A stretch of 62,076 nucleotides of DNA, filler included, from Hydrolagus affinis (lineage: Eukaryota): NCBI GenBank assembly GCA_012026655.1. It is 4 parts of 4 records of this genome, joined end to end, with 100 filler letters (N's around TTAATTAATTAA, not from the genome) between each part and the next. Parts side by side here need not be neighbours in the genome. Positions count along the whole stretch, not along the records: positions 23,254 to 47,947 come from JAAILG010010318.1; 3 more parts are not named here. One strand, 5' to 3'. The notes beneath the pieces were generated by a model. It had not been told where the DNA came from. It ran no database searches and saw only the letters and a list, made by a program, of their open reading frames with translations. The position numbers and the translations under genes were made by a program. Each line of letters starts with the position of its first letter. The stretch's first letter is position 1. Shown here in pieces: positions 23,591 through 38,149 of this stretch.

Positions 23591-24889
23591 TTACTGAAGG
23601 TTTTACAATGCATCCCATTGAATTACTGTAAAATAAACGTGATATGTACAGTATTTGAATCTTAAATATGCTTCAACGAAAGGCTTTTGTTAATTCAAGA
23701 AACCGCTAGAATGCTTTCCTTATAGTTGGAGCCATCCCTTCAGCTGCTGTTGGAATGTATTTTTTTTTGAAGTGCAAAAAAGTTACTGTTTAACGAGAGA
23801 AAAATGAAGTGAAATACGGGGCATATGACTGCAAACACAGTGTTTTTTTTTTAAATGGCTGCCCAGGCAACGGGTATGCAAAGGAGAGATGAATTAATTA
23901 TAGTTTACCACGTTTTTATTCGCGACAACACACATATATTTATTTGGCAAAACTTTTTTTTTGTTAACTGTATTCGAGCAGTGTCCGTATAGCTGAAGCT
24001 ACCCTCCGTAGCTGGTGAATCTGGGTTCTGGTTCGTAAAATACCCTATTTCATCATGATTATGCAGGTTTTCTGAGATTGCATCGTTTAACCCCTTCAGG
24101 CAACTGCCACAGTAGTACGGTTGTTCCTGCTTTTAATGGGTTTCCTGATTTATTCCATGTGGAGTCGGATCAATGCGGACGATTCTCTATGCATCCTCCG
24201 GCGAGGCTGATTTGAACAGCGGAGTTTTAAAATCCCAATTTGTGTGGAAAAATCCATTTCCTCTACTTCAGGGACCTGATTAGCCCAGGTGCAGTTGCTG
24301 TGTGCCCCTCTGGCTGCACACACAGATTACTTTAATATAAATACAATCTGCTTTTTTTGGGGGGGGGGAAATTTAAAATGTGCGTTTTCGGAGAGGTGCC
24401 AAGGATTGAATCCCTAAACGCTGGCAGATTCCACCTGGAGTCAGCTTCTGATGAGATTGAGATTGGCCTGGGTTGGCTTTGGGAAATCTAACTTGGAGAC
24501 AACTTGGATTGAAGGCTGGCGAGCTGGCCACACAGAGTTTCACTCTGCGGTACAGTACAGGTGATGTGTGGGTTTCTCAAACTTTGCTGCCCCTGCAGAT
24601 ATATGGTTGAGGACATGTTTCAAACGTGTGATTTAGTAAGCAGTGCCTTGGGACATCCTCCCGACGTGAAAGGTGCTCTATAAATGTAATTTTGTTGTTG
24701 TTGTTGTTGTCGAAGAGCGGCCGCTGAATAGCAAAGGAGGGAAGTAAACTCCTCAGACACCAGGGAAATACTCTTGGTTTGTCGATTAAATTTATAATGT
24801 CAATTCGCAACTTGAGAGGCCATTGCATTGATCATTAGAGAATAAGCTTCCACCCCAACCCTTAGCTTTTGCTACTTTTGATTTGAGCT

Positions 24890-25215
24890 CAGTCAGTTTT
24901 TCCTGTTTTGGAGTCAGAAAGTTGTTGTTTAAAGTCCAGACTCCGACCCTGAACTCATAGTCCAAGCTGACACTATAGTACAGTACTGACTAACTGTCAG
25001 AACTGGCGTCCTTCAGATCAGAAGCACAAGGGAATGTCTTTGCCAATAAACTTCACAATCGATTCGTTGATTGCCTTGATCGCTGTTTGCGGGGACATTG
25101 CTGCGAGCAAATGGCTGGCTCCTTTGCCAACCTCAACAGTCACTTCATGTGACGCGTCGCTACCTGTGAAGCACTTCGGAGACGTTTCAATGCGATAAAA
25201 TGCTGCAGAAATTCC
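24890..25215 (+). mobile_element. Old Deu-domain SINE (SacSINE1-like) relic
   Basis: gagtcagaaagttg..tccaagctgacac..cagtactga..aaatggctg..cttc..gtgaagcacttcggagacg pattern. Confidence 0.5.
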
Positions 25216-25869
25216 AAATTCTTTCCTTGCAGACACAATCTTGACAGAGATGTGGTGACTACACTGTAGTTACTGTGAATCAATATTTAAACTATTTCCT
25301 GTGGTAAGGAAATCCAGAACAGGGGGGCATAATGGTCAAATTAGAGCTGAGCCATTTCGGAGTCAAGTCATGAAGCATTTTTTCACCCCAAAGAAGGGAA
25401 GTACAATTCAACCACTAGGGCCCGAGGCTCTGGAACTCCCTCATTCCCTTCGCCTCGCAACCTCCTCTTTTCCTAGTTTCAAGTCTTGGCTAAAGACTTT
25501 TCTTTTCGACCGTGCTTTCAGTCACCTTGTTCCCCACTCCCCCCCCTGGCTCGGCCCTGGAATCCGTTATTGTGAAGCGCTCTGAGAAGCCGTCTGGCGA
25601 GGAGTGAGGGAGGCTATATAAATCCGAGTTGTTGTTGTTGTCACTCAACTCACCACTGTTTGTGTGGGGGACGCTGCTGTTCACAATTGGCTGCCGCGTT
25701 TCGCCCACAAATATTACAGTCAATTCGCTTTACAGTATAATCCTGCGAAGCGCTTTGTGACATCTAGATGATGTGAACAGCTATATAGAATGCAAGGATT
25801 ATTACTGTACCTATGAAAGGAAATAATTGTTCTTTCTTTCTTTCTTCTTCATCTTCTGTTTTCCTGCAG

Positions 25870-28800
25870 GACTAAGCTGTGGTCGTGTGGTGAAAGTGCC
25901 GTCAGGTCCTCTGTACCGTGTGTTAGGCAGGGCTGTGGACATCCCGTGCAATGTCAGTGAGTACCAGGGCCCGGTTGAGCAGAATTTCGATTGGACGGTC
26001 CACCGCGAGAACCGGGATTTCAGGATCAGCAGCACGTGGGACCCTGATTTCCTTGACGTCGAATATAAAGAGAGAGTGAACGGAGGGAAGATCGTAGTGA
26101 AGAGGCTCAGTAACAACTCCACACAGCTACACTTCGCCAGTGTCGGGTTTGAAGATGAAGGAAAATACACGTGTGAGACGCCCAGTACTGATGAGAACAG
26201 TGCCGGGAACTACAAAGCTCAGGTAGATCTAAAGGGTAAGTTTAGAGGTATTTCATTCTTTACAATATGATGCAATTTACATTTATATACTCTGTGTAAT
26301 CGCTTTTTGTATCGGGAGGGCATCTTAAAGCATTTTACCCTACTGGCTGGGCACTTAAGATGGGGTGAGTGGGGGTGGGGGGGGCGAGTGGGAACCGAAC
26401 GGGGTGGGGAAGGGGAAAGATGGACCAAAAATGCAGACAAATAGGTAAGTCTTGAGGCAGGAAAGGAAGGGGGAAGAGTCAAGAGGACTCCAGAGAACAT
26501 GAGCAGAATGGCTGAGAGCGTGCCTGTAGGGCGGATATCCTTGCAGGGGATACGAAGCACAGATAGGAAGTATATTTAACTGTCTCAAGCAAGGCTGAGC
26601 ATCCAAGGCTGCACTCTCCATCTCTCAAAGCCACTCAGGAACCTGGGCGTCTTGTTCGACCCTGAACTGTCCTTCCTCCCCCATATCTGCGCCATTACCA
26701 GTACTGCCTTCCACCACCTCTGTAACATTGCCAGACTCCGCCACTGCCTCACCCCTCAGGCTGCCCAAACCCAAGTCTGCACATTCATCACATCAAGGAT
26801 CGACTACGGAAACTCCCTCCTCGAAGGGCCTTCCTGGCTCTTCCCTTCACAAGTTGCAGATCATCCAGAACTGCAGCTTATGTGATCTCCCACACCAAGC
26901 TCCGTGACCACATCACTCCCACCCTCACCCTCCTCCATTGGCTCCCCATCCCCCAGTGGATTGAATTCAAGATCCTCATCCTCATCTTCAAGGCCATTCA
27001 TGGCCTTGCCCCCGCCTATCTCTCTGACCTGCTGTCTCCCTATGAACCTCCCCACCCCTTCCATTCAGCAAACTCTGGTCTGCTCGATGTCCGCCGCCCG
27101 ACCCACCCTACCATCAGTGGACGGGCTTTCAGCCTCTCTGCTCCCACAGTCTGGAACTCCATCCCACAGTCCCTTTGGCTCACTCCCTCCCTCGCCTCCT
27201 TCAAGGCCAGTCTCAAGACCCTCCTCTTTGATTGTACCTTTCAGCTACCCTCCCAACTCTCTCCCTGCCCTCCCAACTCTCTCCCTGCCCTCCCAACTCT
27301 CTCCCTCACCTCCCAACTCTCTCCCTCCCCTCCCAACTCTCTCCCTCTCCTCCCAACTCTCCCCTACCCCTTCCCCCTACCCCTGTCCCTTCCTCGGGTC
27401 CCGACCTGACTGTTCAGCACCTTGGGACGTCCTCCCATCGTGAAAGGCTCTCTATAAATGTAATTTTGTTGTAGTTGTTGTTCTATTGAAAGACTAGGAA
27501 TGAGGAACCCCTACTAGCTTATATACACTTTCATTACATTTCCCGCTGTTAACAGTACAGGTGGCACCTTGATGGTCTCTGACGAGGCGATACTGGAAGA
27601 TAATTGAAATTAGCAGATATTTCAGATTTGTTTGAAAGTTACGAGTTTCAAAGTTTTTGTATTATTTTTATGTTTGGGGAAATCCTTGCGACATGAAAGA
27701 TACATTCCGTACACATTATCTGTCGTTGTTATGGTGTATCAAGGTGCAAAATGGGATTGTTTCATAAGCATTATGCTAAAGCTGGGGTTGTGGGGAAGAT
27801 TTCAGTGCTGTTACGGCTATTTCCAATCGTGTAGAGCAAATAATATCCAATCCTTGCATGTGATAATATAGCCCTTTTCACATCTTCTAACCATCTCAAA
27901 GCACGTAGTCCTTGTGGCACACTTGAACACTGAGCACTTTACTTAGCCAACTGATGATGCAAACATGAAGCCCAGGCTCAGTGAAATGAAACGTTTCCCT
28001 TGGTTTACAGATAATTATGGGGTGGGTGCTCGAGAGAGAGAGTTTGTTTTAATGTCTGTGTCTCACTCTTCAATTCCTCTGCCCCACTGTTGGTGGCGAG
28101 CTTTCATTCCCTGCGCCCTTCTTGTATGCCACTCTCCCTCTAAAAAGTGCTTCTCTCCTCTCCCTGGAAACTCTCTTGCAATGAATCTTTTTGAGCATTT
28201 AGCCTTTAGCCAACCTCCTTTAAATCCCAGCCCCCACCCCTTCTTTCCTTCCTGCCTGGACATCCCTACCACCCTGTGAAGTTCTTCAAGGTATTACGGC
28301 TTAATTATCACCTCTGTTGAGAGAGGACCTGAGTTTGATTCCCAGCAGTGTGAACCAGTTGGGCAAAATCTTTATTTAGGGAGAACAGGTCTGTTAGGTT
28401 ATGGGGAGAGAACTGGGCAGTGGGATTGAGTTGCTCTTTCCAAAGAGCCGGCACAGGCTAGATGAGCCGAATGGCCTCCTTTTGTGCCGTATAATTCTAT
28501 GATTCTATGAAGTTTCCTTACACCACATGCCATTGTTTATCTGGCAGCAAATAAGAACTCGGTTGTTAGTTTTTCTGCTGATCGTTTTTCCCAGGGTAAT
28601 AAACCCCTCCCCCCAAAATAACAAAAATATATAATAATAATTTGGTCACTCAATCCACGACTGTTTGTGGGAACACTGCTGTGTGCAATTGGCTGCTGCA
28701 TTTCACCCACATAATGTACAGTCAATTAATTTTGCAGTATATTCTGTGAGGCGCTTTGAGAAGTCTCAAAGACGTGATAAGGCACTATATCAAATGCAAG

Positions 28801-31800
28801 GATTATTATTATTATTCATCTGAAATGCATCTTTATAGGTGTGAGTTAGAGTTCTACTGCATTAAATACCAGAATGGATTATCACATTTTTTTCTATATT
28901 TAATCTTGCTCTGTTGATGCAGTGACTGAGCCAGAAAACCTTGTGACTGACAAAGAAGCTTTACTACGTAGACTAGATGCCAAGTTAATGTTGGCGTTCC
29001 TCGATGTGGGAATGTTAAAGTCTCACTGGGACGGGACGTCCTTCCAGTAGCATTCCTGTTCCTGGGAATCTGCTAGTGTTACTGTACTGTACTGTGAGAA
29101 GCAGTGTAGGCTGTTCCAGAGTGTAAAGCGATGATTTCAGAGTGTAAAGCAAAGGGTGAGTGAGTGAGTAAACTGATTGTCCCTTTATAACACTTTACAG
29201 TGAAATTCAATGCTGGTTACAGTAAAAGCCTGTTTATCTGGCTCCTGATCAACCGTAACTTCCATATAACTGGCATCGCAAAAAAAAGTCCGCATTCGAT
29301 TCACCGGAGTTTATCCGGAATTTTTTTTTCCATTTTCGGCCAAATATCCGGCATGCGCTTTAACCGGCATTGGCCAGGTCCCGAGGGTGATGGATAAACA
29401 GGCTTTTACTGTACTTCCCTTGTAAGCTTCTTGGAATGTTTATATTTTCGTGCGATAGTGACTTATTTCTCCCCCATTTGAACAGTGATTCCCGATGGAC
29501 TAACCGTATCACACGGAAAATCCCGAAGTGGGAAATCCGGGAATTACACGGAAGGGGGGTCCCTGGTACTTCAATGCGTCGCAACCACCACCTCGGCGAT
29601 TCACACCCACGTGTCCGTCAGCTGGAGGTTAAAGTCGGACGAGAGTGGAACAATGGCGGACATTCTGTCTCTCACCCCCAATGGGAAATTAGTGTCTGGT
29701 GACCAGTACAGAGACCGGTATCAAAGTGGCGACGTGAGGATGAGCGTTGAAGAAAGCGGAGTCTACAGACTGTTTGTCGATCGATTGCAACCCGAGGACC
29801 AGGGCACTTACCTGTGCGTGGCGGAGGAATGGGTGATGGAAGATGGCGCCTCCTGGAAAAATATCCTCCAGAAAACCACAGACATCGCATCGGTTAAAGT
29901 GCAGTCATTGGGTAGGTCACGTTCAACTGTGATAACTGTAAATCAATTGTAGGACTGGTGAAAGCTTTACGGGGATATTGTGGAATAACTGGTCCAATGT
30001 TAGCCACGGTTGGGTTCCAGTTGGTGATGAATAAATTGAGACTTCACACGTGAAGAATGGTAAATTCTGAGCAGGGATTATTTTTCGCTTTCGGTTTGTG
30101 TTTCTCTTTTTGATAACGCTGAAAGTGGGGGTGGGCCGGAAATTCCCCCCCCCCCCCACCTAGGTCCAGGACACTTACCATTCTCTTTAGCTTGTCAGAG
30201 CATTCAGGGAGATTGGGAAGTTGCTGAATTGGTTCTCATCTTTTGAGACGCTTTACTGTACACTTCTTAAAAAGAAGCCGGCTACAAAATACAGTCAATA
30301 ATTTTTCTTAAAAAAAAACTCGATAATCACACTTTCCGAATGCCGGCAACTCCCTAAAAAACGGCAAGATTTAAAAATACAAATAGCATTGATTTTTTTT
30401 ACCAATGTCGGCAAATCCCCCAAATTTCAGAACAGCTGCTTGCAGTTCACGCTGGCGCCACTCTGTCACCTGGCGCTCGCCCGCTCGCCCAGTGGCATCA
30501 GTGCCGTGTTTACAACTCACTTGGGCTTCCCCAGCCCATGTCTAGAGTCAATTCTAAACACACCAGCAAACTCCCGAAATCTGGGAGGTGAGCGGGCCCA
30601 ACCTTGCCAGATTATCGAGGCTTTACCGTGTTAACGCTTTGCCTAATTCTGAACCCTCTGAAGTGCTACACGACCAGAGTAAATCTTGACTGAAGGTGGA
30701 ATTTCTCCCCCTGACTTCCCGTAGAACCGACAGCTTCATCCCAATCATGATGATTTTGTTCATCTTTTTGAAGGTTGTTTTCACAGACGCGCAGTTTTGC
30801 AGTTGGAGTTTCGACACACCAATCTCGCACTGCCATAGACTGATTCGGGTCTCACACACCCTGCCCCGGGGTCACTCCCGCTGTTAAAAACTCCTAGGCT
30901 TTGACCATCTTAATGTCTGAAACATTACTAAAGAATGTATTTTCTTTTTTCTTTTCAGCTGAGGCCCTGGCAGTCTCCATATTCAGTGGCAACCTGACTC
31001 TCAACAAAGAAAGTAACCTTAATCTCAGCTGCCTTGTGACAGGAGTAGAGGATCTAGCTGTGGTGGAGGTGGGCTGGTATTTCAGCCCTTCTCTGCCGAT
31101 CGGTGCTCAGAACCAATCACTCCTGGTGTACATGGACCGAGAGGCAGTGGTGAACAATTGGAACTCTGTCACGCTGAGCAAGGTTAGCAGCAGCGAATAC
31201 AGACTGAGAGTTCAGCGGGTTGACCAAACGGACAGTGGCTATTACCACTGCACAGCCTCCGCCTGGATTAAGGGGTCGAGCGGAACCTGGAAAAAAGCAG
31301 CAGAGAAAACATCTAATTCTGTCCCTGTCAGCGTTAGTTTCTTAGGTAATTTTAACACTTACTGTGCACTTTATTATAATAAACTTTGCATTTATTATTA
31401 TAATACCTTTGAGACGTCTTAAAACACTTTGCAGGATTTATTGTGATGTAATAACTAGTTTCGATTCGATAACAGCTTTTAAAAGAGAATTAGATCTTTA
31501 TTTAGGAAGAGCAGGTCTGTTAGGTTATGGGGAGAGAGGCGGGGCAGTGGGATTGACTTGCTCTGTTCAAAGAGCCGGCACAGACTAGATGGGCCAAATG
31601 GCCTCCTTTTGTGCCGTAAAATTCCATGATTTTATGATTCTAGTTTCCAGGCGAATATGGCAGCCAATTTTATACAAAGCAAATGTGTCCCAAACAGAAA
31701 CCTTTATTGTGTCACAAATTGGTATGTTTTGCAACTGCATACAGGACGCTTAATAATAATAATAATAAAAATAATAATCCTTGCATTTGATACAGCGCTT

Positions 31801-34638
31801 TTCACGTTGAGGTGAACTTTGATTTGTGAACTAATCTGCTTGTCATCCTCAGATTCTTCTTATAATGTGAAAATGAAATTGGTAAAGGGAGCTCGTGCCT
31901 TTGGGGATTCGGCGTTGATGGAGTGTCAAGTGGTGGATGTGCAGAACCTTGGGAGCCCGGGCATGGAGAGTTCCAGACTCACCGTGTCCTGGTATTTCAA
32001 CCCTGAGACGAAGGACGGCGGTGGACAGCTGAAAAAACTCCTGGCATCGATGGACGAAGACTGGATACTAAAGGTGGAGAGCGAGTATCGGGAGCGGGCA
32101 GAGAAGGGAGAGTTAATTTTCACCAAATCTCAGCAGAATACTTTCAGGTTTCAGATTCAGCAGGCTCTCGTCTCTGATAAAGGAGAATATTTTTGCGAAG
32201 TCTCTGCCTGGGCTAAGCATCGGGATAACTCGAGGATCAAATCTAAGACAATCTCTTCACCCTCTGTCAACATGTCCTGGCAAACACAAGGTGAAATAAG
32301 TGTTCCCTGGCATATTCTGACAAGAACAAATTATTTATTTATTGATGTATTTTTTTATTTATGTAAGACGAGGAAAATCCATTGATACCAAACTGATTGT
32401 TTTCAACCCACATAATGCATCCATATCTCTTCCCTCTCCAGAAATGCATCCAAATATTCACCTTGTGACCTCGTCTATAATGTCCACTTCTGTAGGTCCT
32501 GTCAATTTATTCGACACAATCTTGCTTTTTATATTAAAAAAAACTTTGGATAAGTATGTTTGTAAGTAGATTGAATCATTCTCTCCTGCAGTTAGTCGGA
32601 TAGAGTATAGTATCTCCCTTGTTGAACGTTCAATGCCTGGGGTTGAATAATTTCCTGTGTAGGAAATTGCTACTGCTTTAGAAAATAATAATAATAAGCC
32701 TTGTATTTGATATAGCGCTTTTCACGTCTTCTGGACGTCTGTAAAGTGAATTGACTGTATATATTTGCAGGCGAAGCACGGCAGCCAATTGCGCACAGCC
32801 GCGTCCCCCCTCACGCAAACAGTCGTGGGTTGAAATGACCAATTTATTATAGTTTTTTTTGCGGGGGGGACGGATTATTATTAAAAAGCACCTGATTGAG
32901 GTTGGACACTTGATCTACTGAACATTGTGGATGGTATATCATACCCAACTGTTCTAGCAAGTTTTGAGATCCAGCATTGTGTGCATTAGACAATCCATAA
33001 GATAATGGGAGAGGTTTGATGAAGGACTGTTGGTCAACATCTTGGGATGCCCTCCCGACATGAAAGATGCTCTACCAAATGTAATTTTGTTGTTGTTGTT
33101 GGCTCATTTGATCTCATGGCCACCAGAATGCCCACCCTCTGACTTTCCTGTTAAACCAATCAATCGCAGCAGCCTCACCCACCCTTCCAGGTAAACAATT
33201 CCTGGAAGTAACATAAACGAGAAGCTTCCTTTTGTTTAAGAAATACTTACTGTTTTCTGTCTGAAACTTGCCATTCACATTCCAAAGCTTGCAAAAACCT
33301 AGTCCCGCTGTTCTCCCCATATAAGGCTGCCAGGTGGCTGGCATGTCAAATACTTTTTGAGAGCAACAGCAGCCAATTACAGTTAACCTATAGGTTCCTT
33401 GCATTTCATTGTTTTGTGGGACGCTGCTGTGCGCAATTTGGCTGCCACATTTTGCCCACAAATATACAGTCAATTCTCGTACTCTTCTTCATCCTGCCCC
33501 GACCCCTCCCCCCCCACCGTTTTTGTCCCTGCCTAACTGTAAAGCTCTTTGGGATGTCCTCTTGACGTGAAAGGCGCTATATAAATGTGAGTTTTGATTG
33601 ATTTGCTATAGCACTACATCAAAGACAAGTCTGATTATTATTATTATTATTCTTGTTCTCCTATTTCTCAGCTCCAAGCTTGAACATTAAAGCAGTAGGG
33701 GAGAAGCCAGTGTCTACAAGAGGCAACACGTTTGAGATGACCTGTAGCATTTCCTCCAAGCACGTGAACGTGTCCCATTACTCTGTGATGATAGTGATGA
33801 AAGAACCAACCTCCCCCGATGCGAGTGACATTAAAACACTCATTTCCTTGACCCGGGATTCTGTGGTCCAGCTGGAGACCTGGGATACCAAGGACCGATC
33901 GGAGGATGTAATTCTGGAGAAGGTCAGCGACAACGAATTTCGTTTCCGGCTGTTCAGGACCCAGTTTGCCGATGAAGGAATGTATTATTGCATGGTTCAG
34001 GCATGGATACCAGACACCAATGGCGGCTGGCTAAAGTCTGCTGCAAACTCGTCCAACACAGTATCGATTGCCTTCAAAACAGCAGGTAGGTGTTGCATTC
34101 AATCACTTTGGGAAAGTACGGTATGGTCCTAACTTTAACTCAGGCTACAGTTATTCTGGACATACATATCTGCTTCTCCAGGAAACTGGTGATCTGAGGG
34201 AAGAAATTTCTTTGGGGTCTTGGCTTTTTTCCCCCCCTCAGCATTTCAAAGTGTGGACATTCAGGAAAACTTTTAAATTCAGCACCAATTTTGATTGCCG
34301 GTTTTTCGTAGTCCTAAAAAGGAAATCCACCTTCTAGATTTAAGATAGATTTTTTAAGAATCAAGCAAAATTTGTTATGAAATACTAAGTTTAAAAAAAA
34401 AGTTCCAACACTGGATTCAGATGGAATTCCTCCAGGGCCATAAAAATCCCTTGGTGCGTGGGTAGTTTTGACTTTGAAACAAATGGAAAGTTTGCGACCT
34501 TGAATGTGCAATTGAGAGGAAGTTTCTGAAAGTGAGAGAGGGAGGGTTCACTTTTGAGCGATTTATTTTTGGTGGAGTCCTGGTTTTCCTCGGAAGTCTC
34601 CCAGCTGATCCCACAAAGAGATTATTTTCCCCCTTCAT

Positions 34639-34671
<33 letters not shown>

Positions 34672-37600
34672 ACCAATGAAATGGGACAGCTGTTCTACAT
34701 CTGCTTTCTGACGCTGACTGCGCTGCGAGGTTGTGAATCAGGGAGAACAATGAACCTATGTTTGTCTGGAAGCACATGTAAGCCCTCCACACACCATCAA
34801 GGCCTTACTATCTTACATAAGGCAGGCATTTTCAAGACAGAATCGCAGATTATACTAAAATAAATACTCATTTTAGTTGCAACCATTTCCCTGGCAGGAG
34901 ACAGCTCATGAATGGTTAAAACTCCACGTGGTGGGATAGATTAACCCCCAGGGCAATTCTCCAAAAGGTTCTTAGCCTCACAGGGGGTTTGATGAAATAA
35001 GCATGTCTCAGTATTTCCAATTGCTCTTCCAATTGCGTTCTGTTTCTTTCAAAGACAAGAGTAGCAACATTTCTTTTGGTGAACTACCAAGAGTTTTGCT
35101 CAAACTATAGAGGAATAGAGTATTTCGCTCTGCTGACAAGAGCTGAAGTTTAAGAGTTTTCCATACATTATGTATGAACTTAAAATCTAAATTAAAATTT
35201 TCATAAAAGACTGAAGTTTCATGGCTCAGGTGGGTGAGAGCTTTGATGTGCAGCCCAAATTAAAAATTGGTTAATTGGATGCTGTCCTTGGGAGCAATAT
35301 GTTATAATCTGCAAAGACTCCCTAGTCTTTGGAAGTTATAATAATAATACCCACATTAGAAGGCGTTGCGTTATAATATGAGTTTGCTTATAGACCTCAA
35401 CATTTACTTGGGGAAAAAACAAAAATGCCAGCAAGGGTGATGTTGGCAGCCATTCAGTGACGGTTATGTTGTAGATATTATACATGCAAACAGTAAAGCC
35501 AACATTATGATTTGACCACAACAACAACAAAATTGCACTTATAGAGCGCCTTTCACGTCGGGAGGACGTTCCAAAGCGCTGAACGGTCAGGTCGGGATCC
35601 GAGCGGGGTCTTGTGCTGTGAATCTGTACATTCTGTGAATGTAAAAGTGCTGGGAAAAAGCTCAATATCAAATGGAAGGATTATTAATCTTATTATTTAT
35701 ATTATCTGGCGGGCGTCTGCCTTCAGTGTAGTGGGTGGACATTTAATGCATGATGCACCTTACTCAATGCATTCTATCGTGAAACGTAATATTAGTTCCG
35801 TGCACAAATACAATGACCTTGAACGTTTACTTGCGTCTTGATCAGCTTCCGTTTTTTTTAATCTTTTCAGCTCCTCAGTTTAATGTGACGTTAGAGTCTG
35901 AAAACCACTGCGTGTCACAAGGAGAGACCGTGCAGATTAACTGCATCATAGACCTGCTGGAGATATCGAAGAACACAGGTAAGTCTGAATTGGAGAGAGA
36001 TGTCTGGAAATCTTATCACAGGAATATTCTACTTTCGCAAGAGTAGACTTTCTCAAGAATAATGAACTACTTGCTTTGAGAACTTTGCCTTAAAGCCTTT
36101 ACTGTTAGATAGACTCGTGCATTGTGTAATTCATCCATTGACTGTTGAAGGTCTAGCAGTCCTGGCTGAACAGATATTCTGCTGTGTTTGGCGATGTGTT
36201 TATTTTACACATTCAATAAGTCTTTTGTGTTTTAGCACAGTCAATGTTTCTTTGAGTTGCTAACAGAACTCTACTGCTTTCAAACTAAAAATTGTTATTT
36301 TTTTTTAAATGGTATAACCTATAACCTACAGAAACTTAACTTTTCGGTAATTCAAAATATACCAAACTGTACAACGCTTTTCAAGAAACATTATTACTGT
36401 GAATAGGAAGCCCAAAACCTATTGCGAAACCTACTAGAGTAAAACCTTGTTTGTCCGGTACCCAACCAACCAGCATACTCAACCAACCGGTATTTCCCAA
36501 TTGTATTGGGAGATCTGGGACACTCGCGAGTATGCTCACTTTGTAGTATGCGCACTTATTAAATTTAACGAACGTTGGAATTTTTATTTTACCGATCATT
36601 TTACTGAGTGTGCTGGAATGCTTTATTGGTGAGTATCCATTCTGTTATTATTTAGTCTAGTATTAATATGGTATGTTTTCAAAATTAAGTTAATTTTTTG
36701 GGGTTGGATTTTTGGCAACTTACCGCTCGAATATCTGGCATATTTGATTAACCGGCACCGGGCAGGTCCCGAAGGGTGCTGGATAACCAAGCTTTTTACT
36801 GTAATTAAGTTGTATTTCAGTAATTGTTGTGGTCTGGTCTGAATTGCGTCTCGCCTCCTCTAGATGTTGTCTACGAGGTGGAGTGGTTGGCTTCCGAACA
36901 CTTCCACTTCAACGGGAGCCAAAGCCTCCTGGTCTACGTAGATCAGACGTCGGTGGTGCACCATGCCAATGGCAACACGACCACACACATCAGCGCCGAG
37001 AGGATCAGCGAACACGAATTCTGCTTGCGGATACATTGCGCAGAGAGGCGAGACGCCAGGCTCTATTTCTGCGCCGTGACTCCATGGATCAAATCGGAGA
37101 GCGGAGACTGGCAGAAAATGATGCAGCGAAGTTCGGATCCACTCGCAGTGCGAGTCGACGTTTCAGGTGTGAATTGCAAGTTTCTGTTTTATCCGGAATT
37201 ACTGAGGAGACGCAACTGATTCTCACAATGGTTGGGATGGGGTGCGGGGGGGAGAAGTGTGGCATTGACAGAGGTACCATTTTAACACATGCACTGTCTT
37301 AAGAAGTCTTGGGTGTAGTTTGGTTCCAAAATTGCACAAGGATTTCTTCTAGACTTTATTTTAATTTTTGAAAAAGAAAATTAAATCCCAGGCAATAATG
37401 CTGGGGTAGGAAATTCAACGTTATCAGATGTAATGGCTTTTATTTTGCATCCTTGCATTTGAAAATAATCATCCTTATATTTATACAGCACATTATCACA
37501 TCATTGAGAAATCTCACAGAGTATACTGTAAAGTAAATTGACTGTATCTTGTGTGGACGAAATGCCAGTTGCGCACTACTTATCCTACAAACAGTCGTGG

Positions 37601-38115
37601 ATTCGGTAGAGAGAGATAAGGAAATCTTCCACCAAATTATTCTCCTCCAATTTTTTTTCTCCTCTTTCACTGGCTCATCCATACGTTTCCAAACTTGTTG
37701 ATGTGAGTTTAGAATGGGAAATTGTGTAAAAATCTTTGTTAGATTTGGGAATTTATTGGAAAAAATCATGAACAAAGTGATTGTGGGCTGAGCTGTGTCT
37801 CTCCTTCAACTCTCCACCCTTTCATACCACAGAGCACTCGCCTTACAAGCGAGCGACGCGGGTTCAATTCCAGTCAGGGTGAAATCTTGGGCAAGTTTCC
37901 TTACTCCGCACTTCCTTACTCTAATAATAATGATACCTCCAAAAATAAATTGGTCACTTCAATCCATTGTCTGTTTGTGGTGGGGGGAAGGGGTGGGGGG
38001 GAACGCTACTGTGCGCAATTGGCTGCCGTGTTTCGCTCACATATATACAGTCAATTCACGTTACAGTATATTCTGTAAAGCCCTTTGAGCGAAAAGCACT
38101 ATATCCAATGCAAGG

Positions 38116-38149
<34 letters not shown>

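Noticed and set aside
23254-25869. Signal-peptide exon of PTGFRN
   Set aside because: No ATG-initiated hydrophobic phase-1 exon with a good donor was found; it may lie beyond the gap.
27246-27365. CRISPR-like regular repeat
   Set aside because: Contiguous 20-bp tandem units without spacers inside a LINE 3' UTR in a vertebrate genome.
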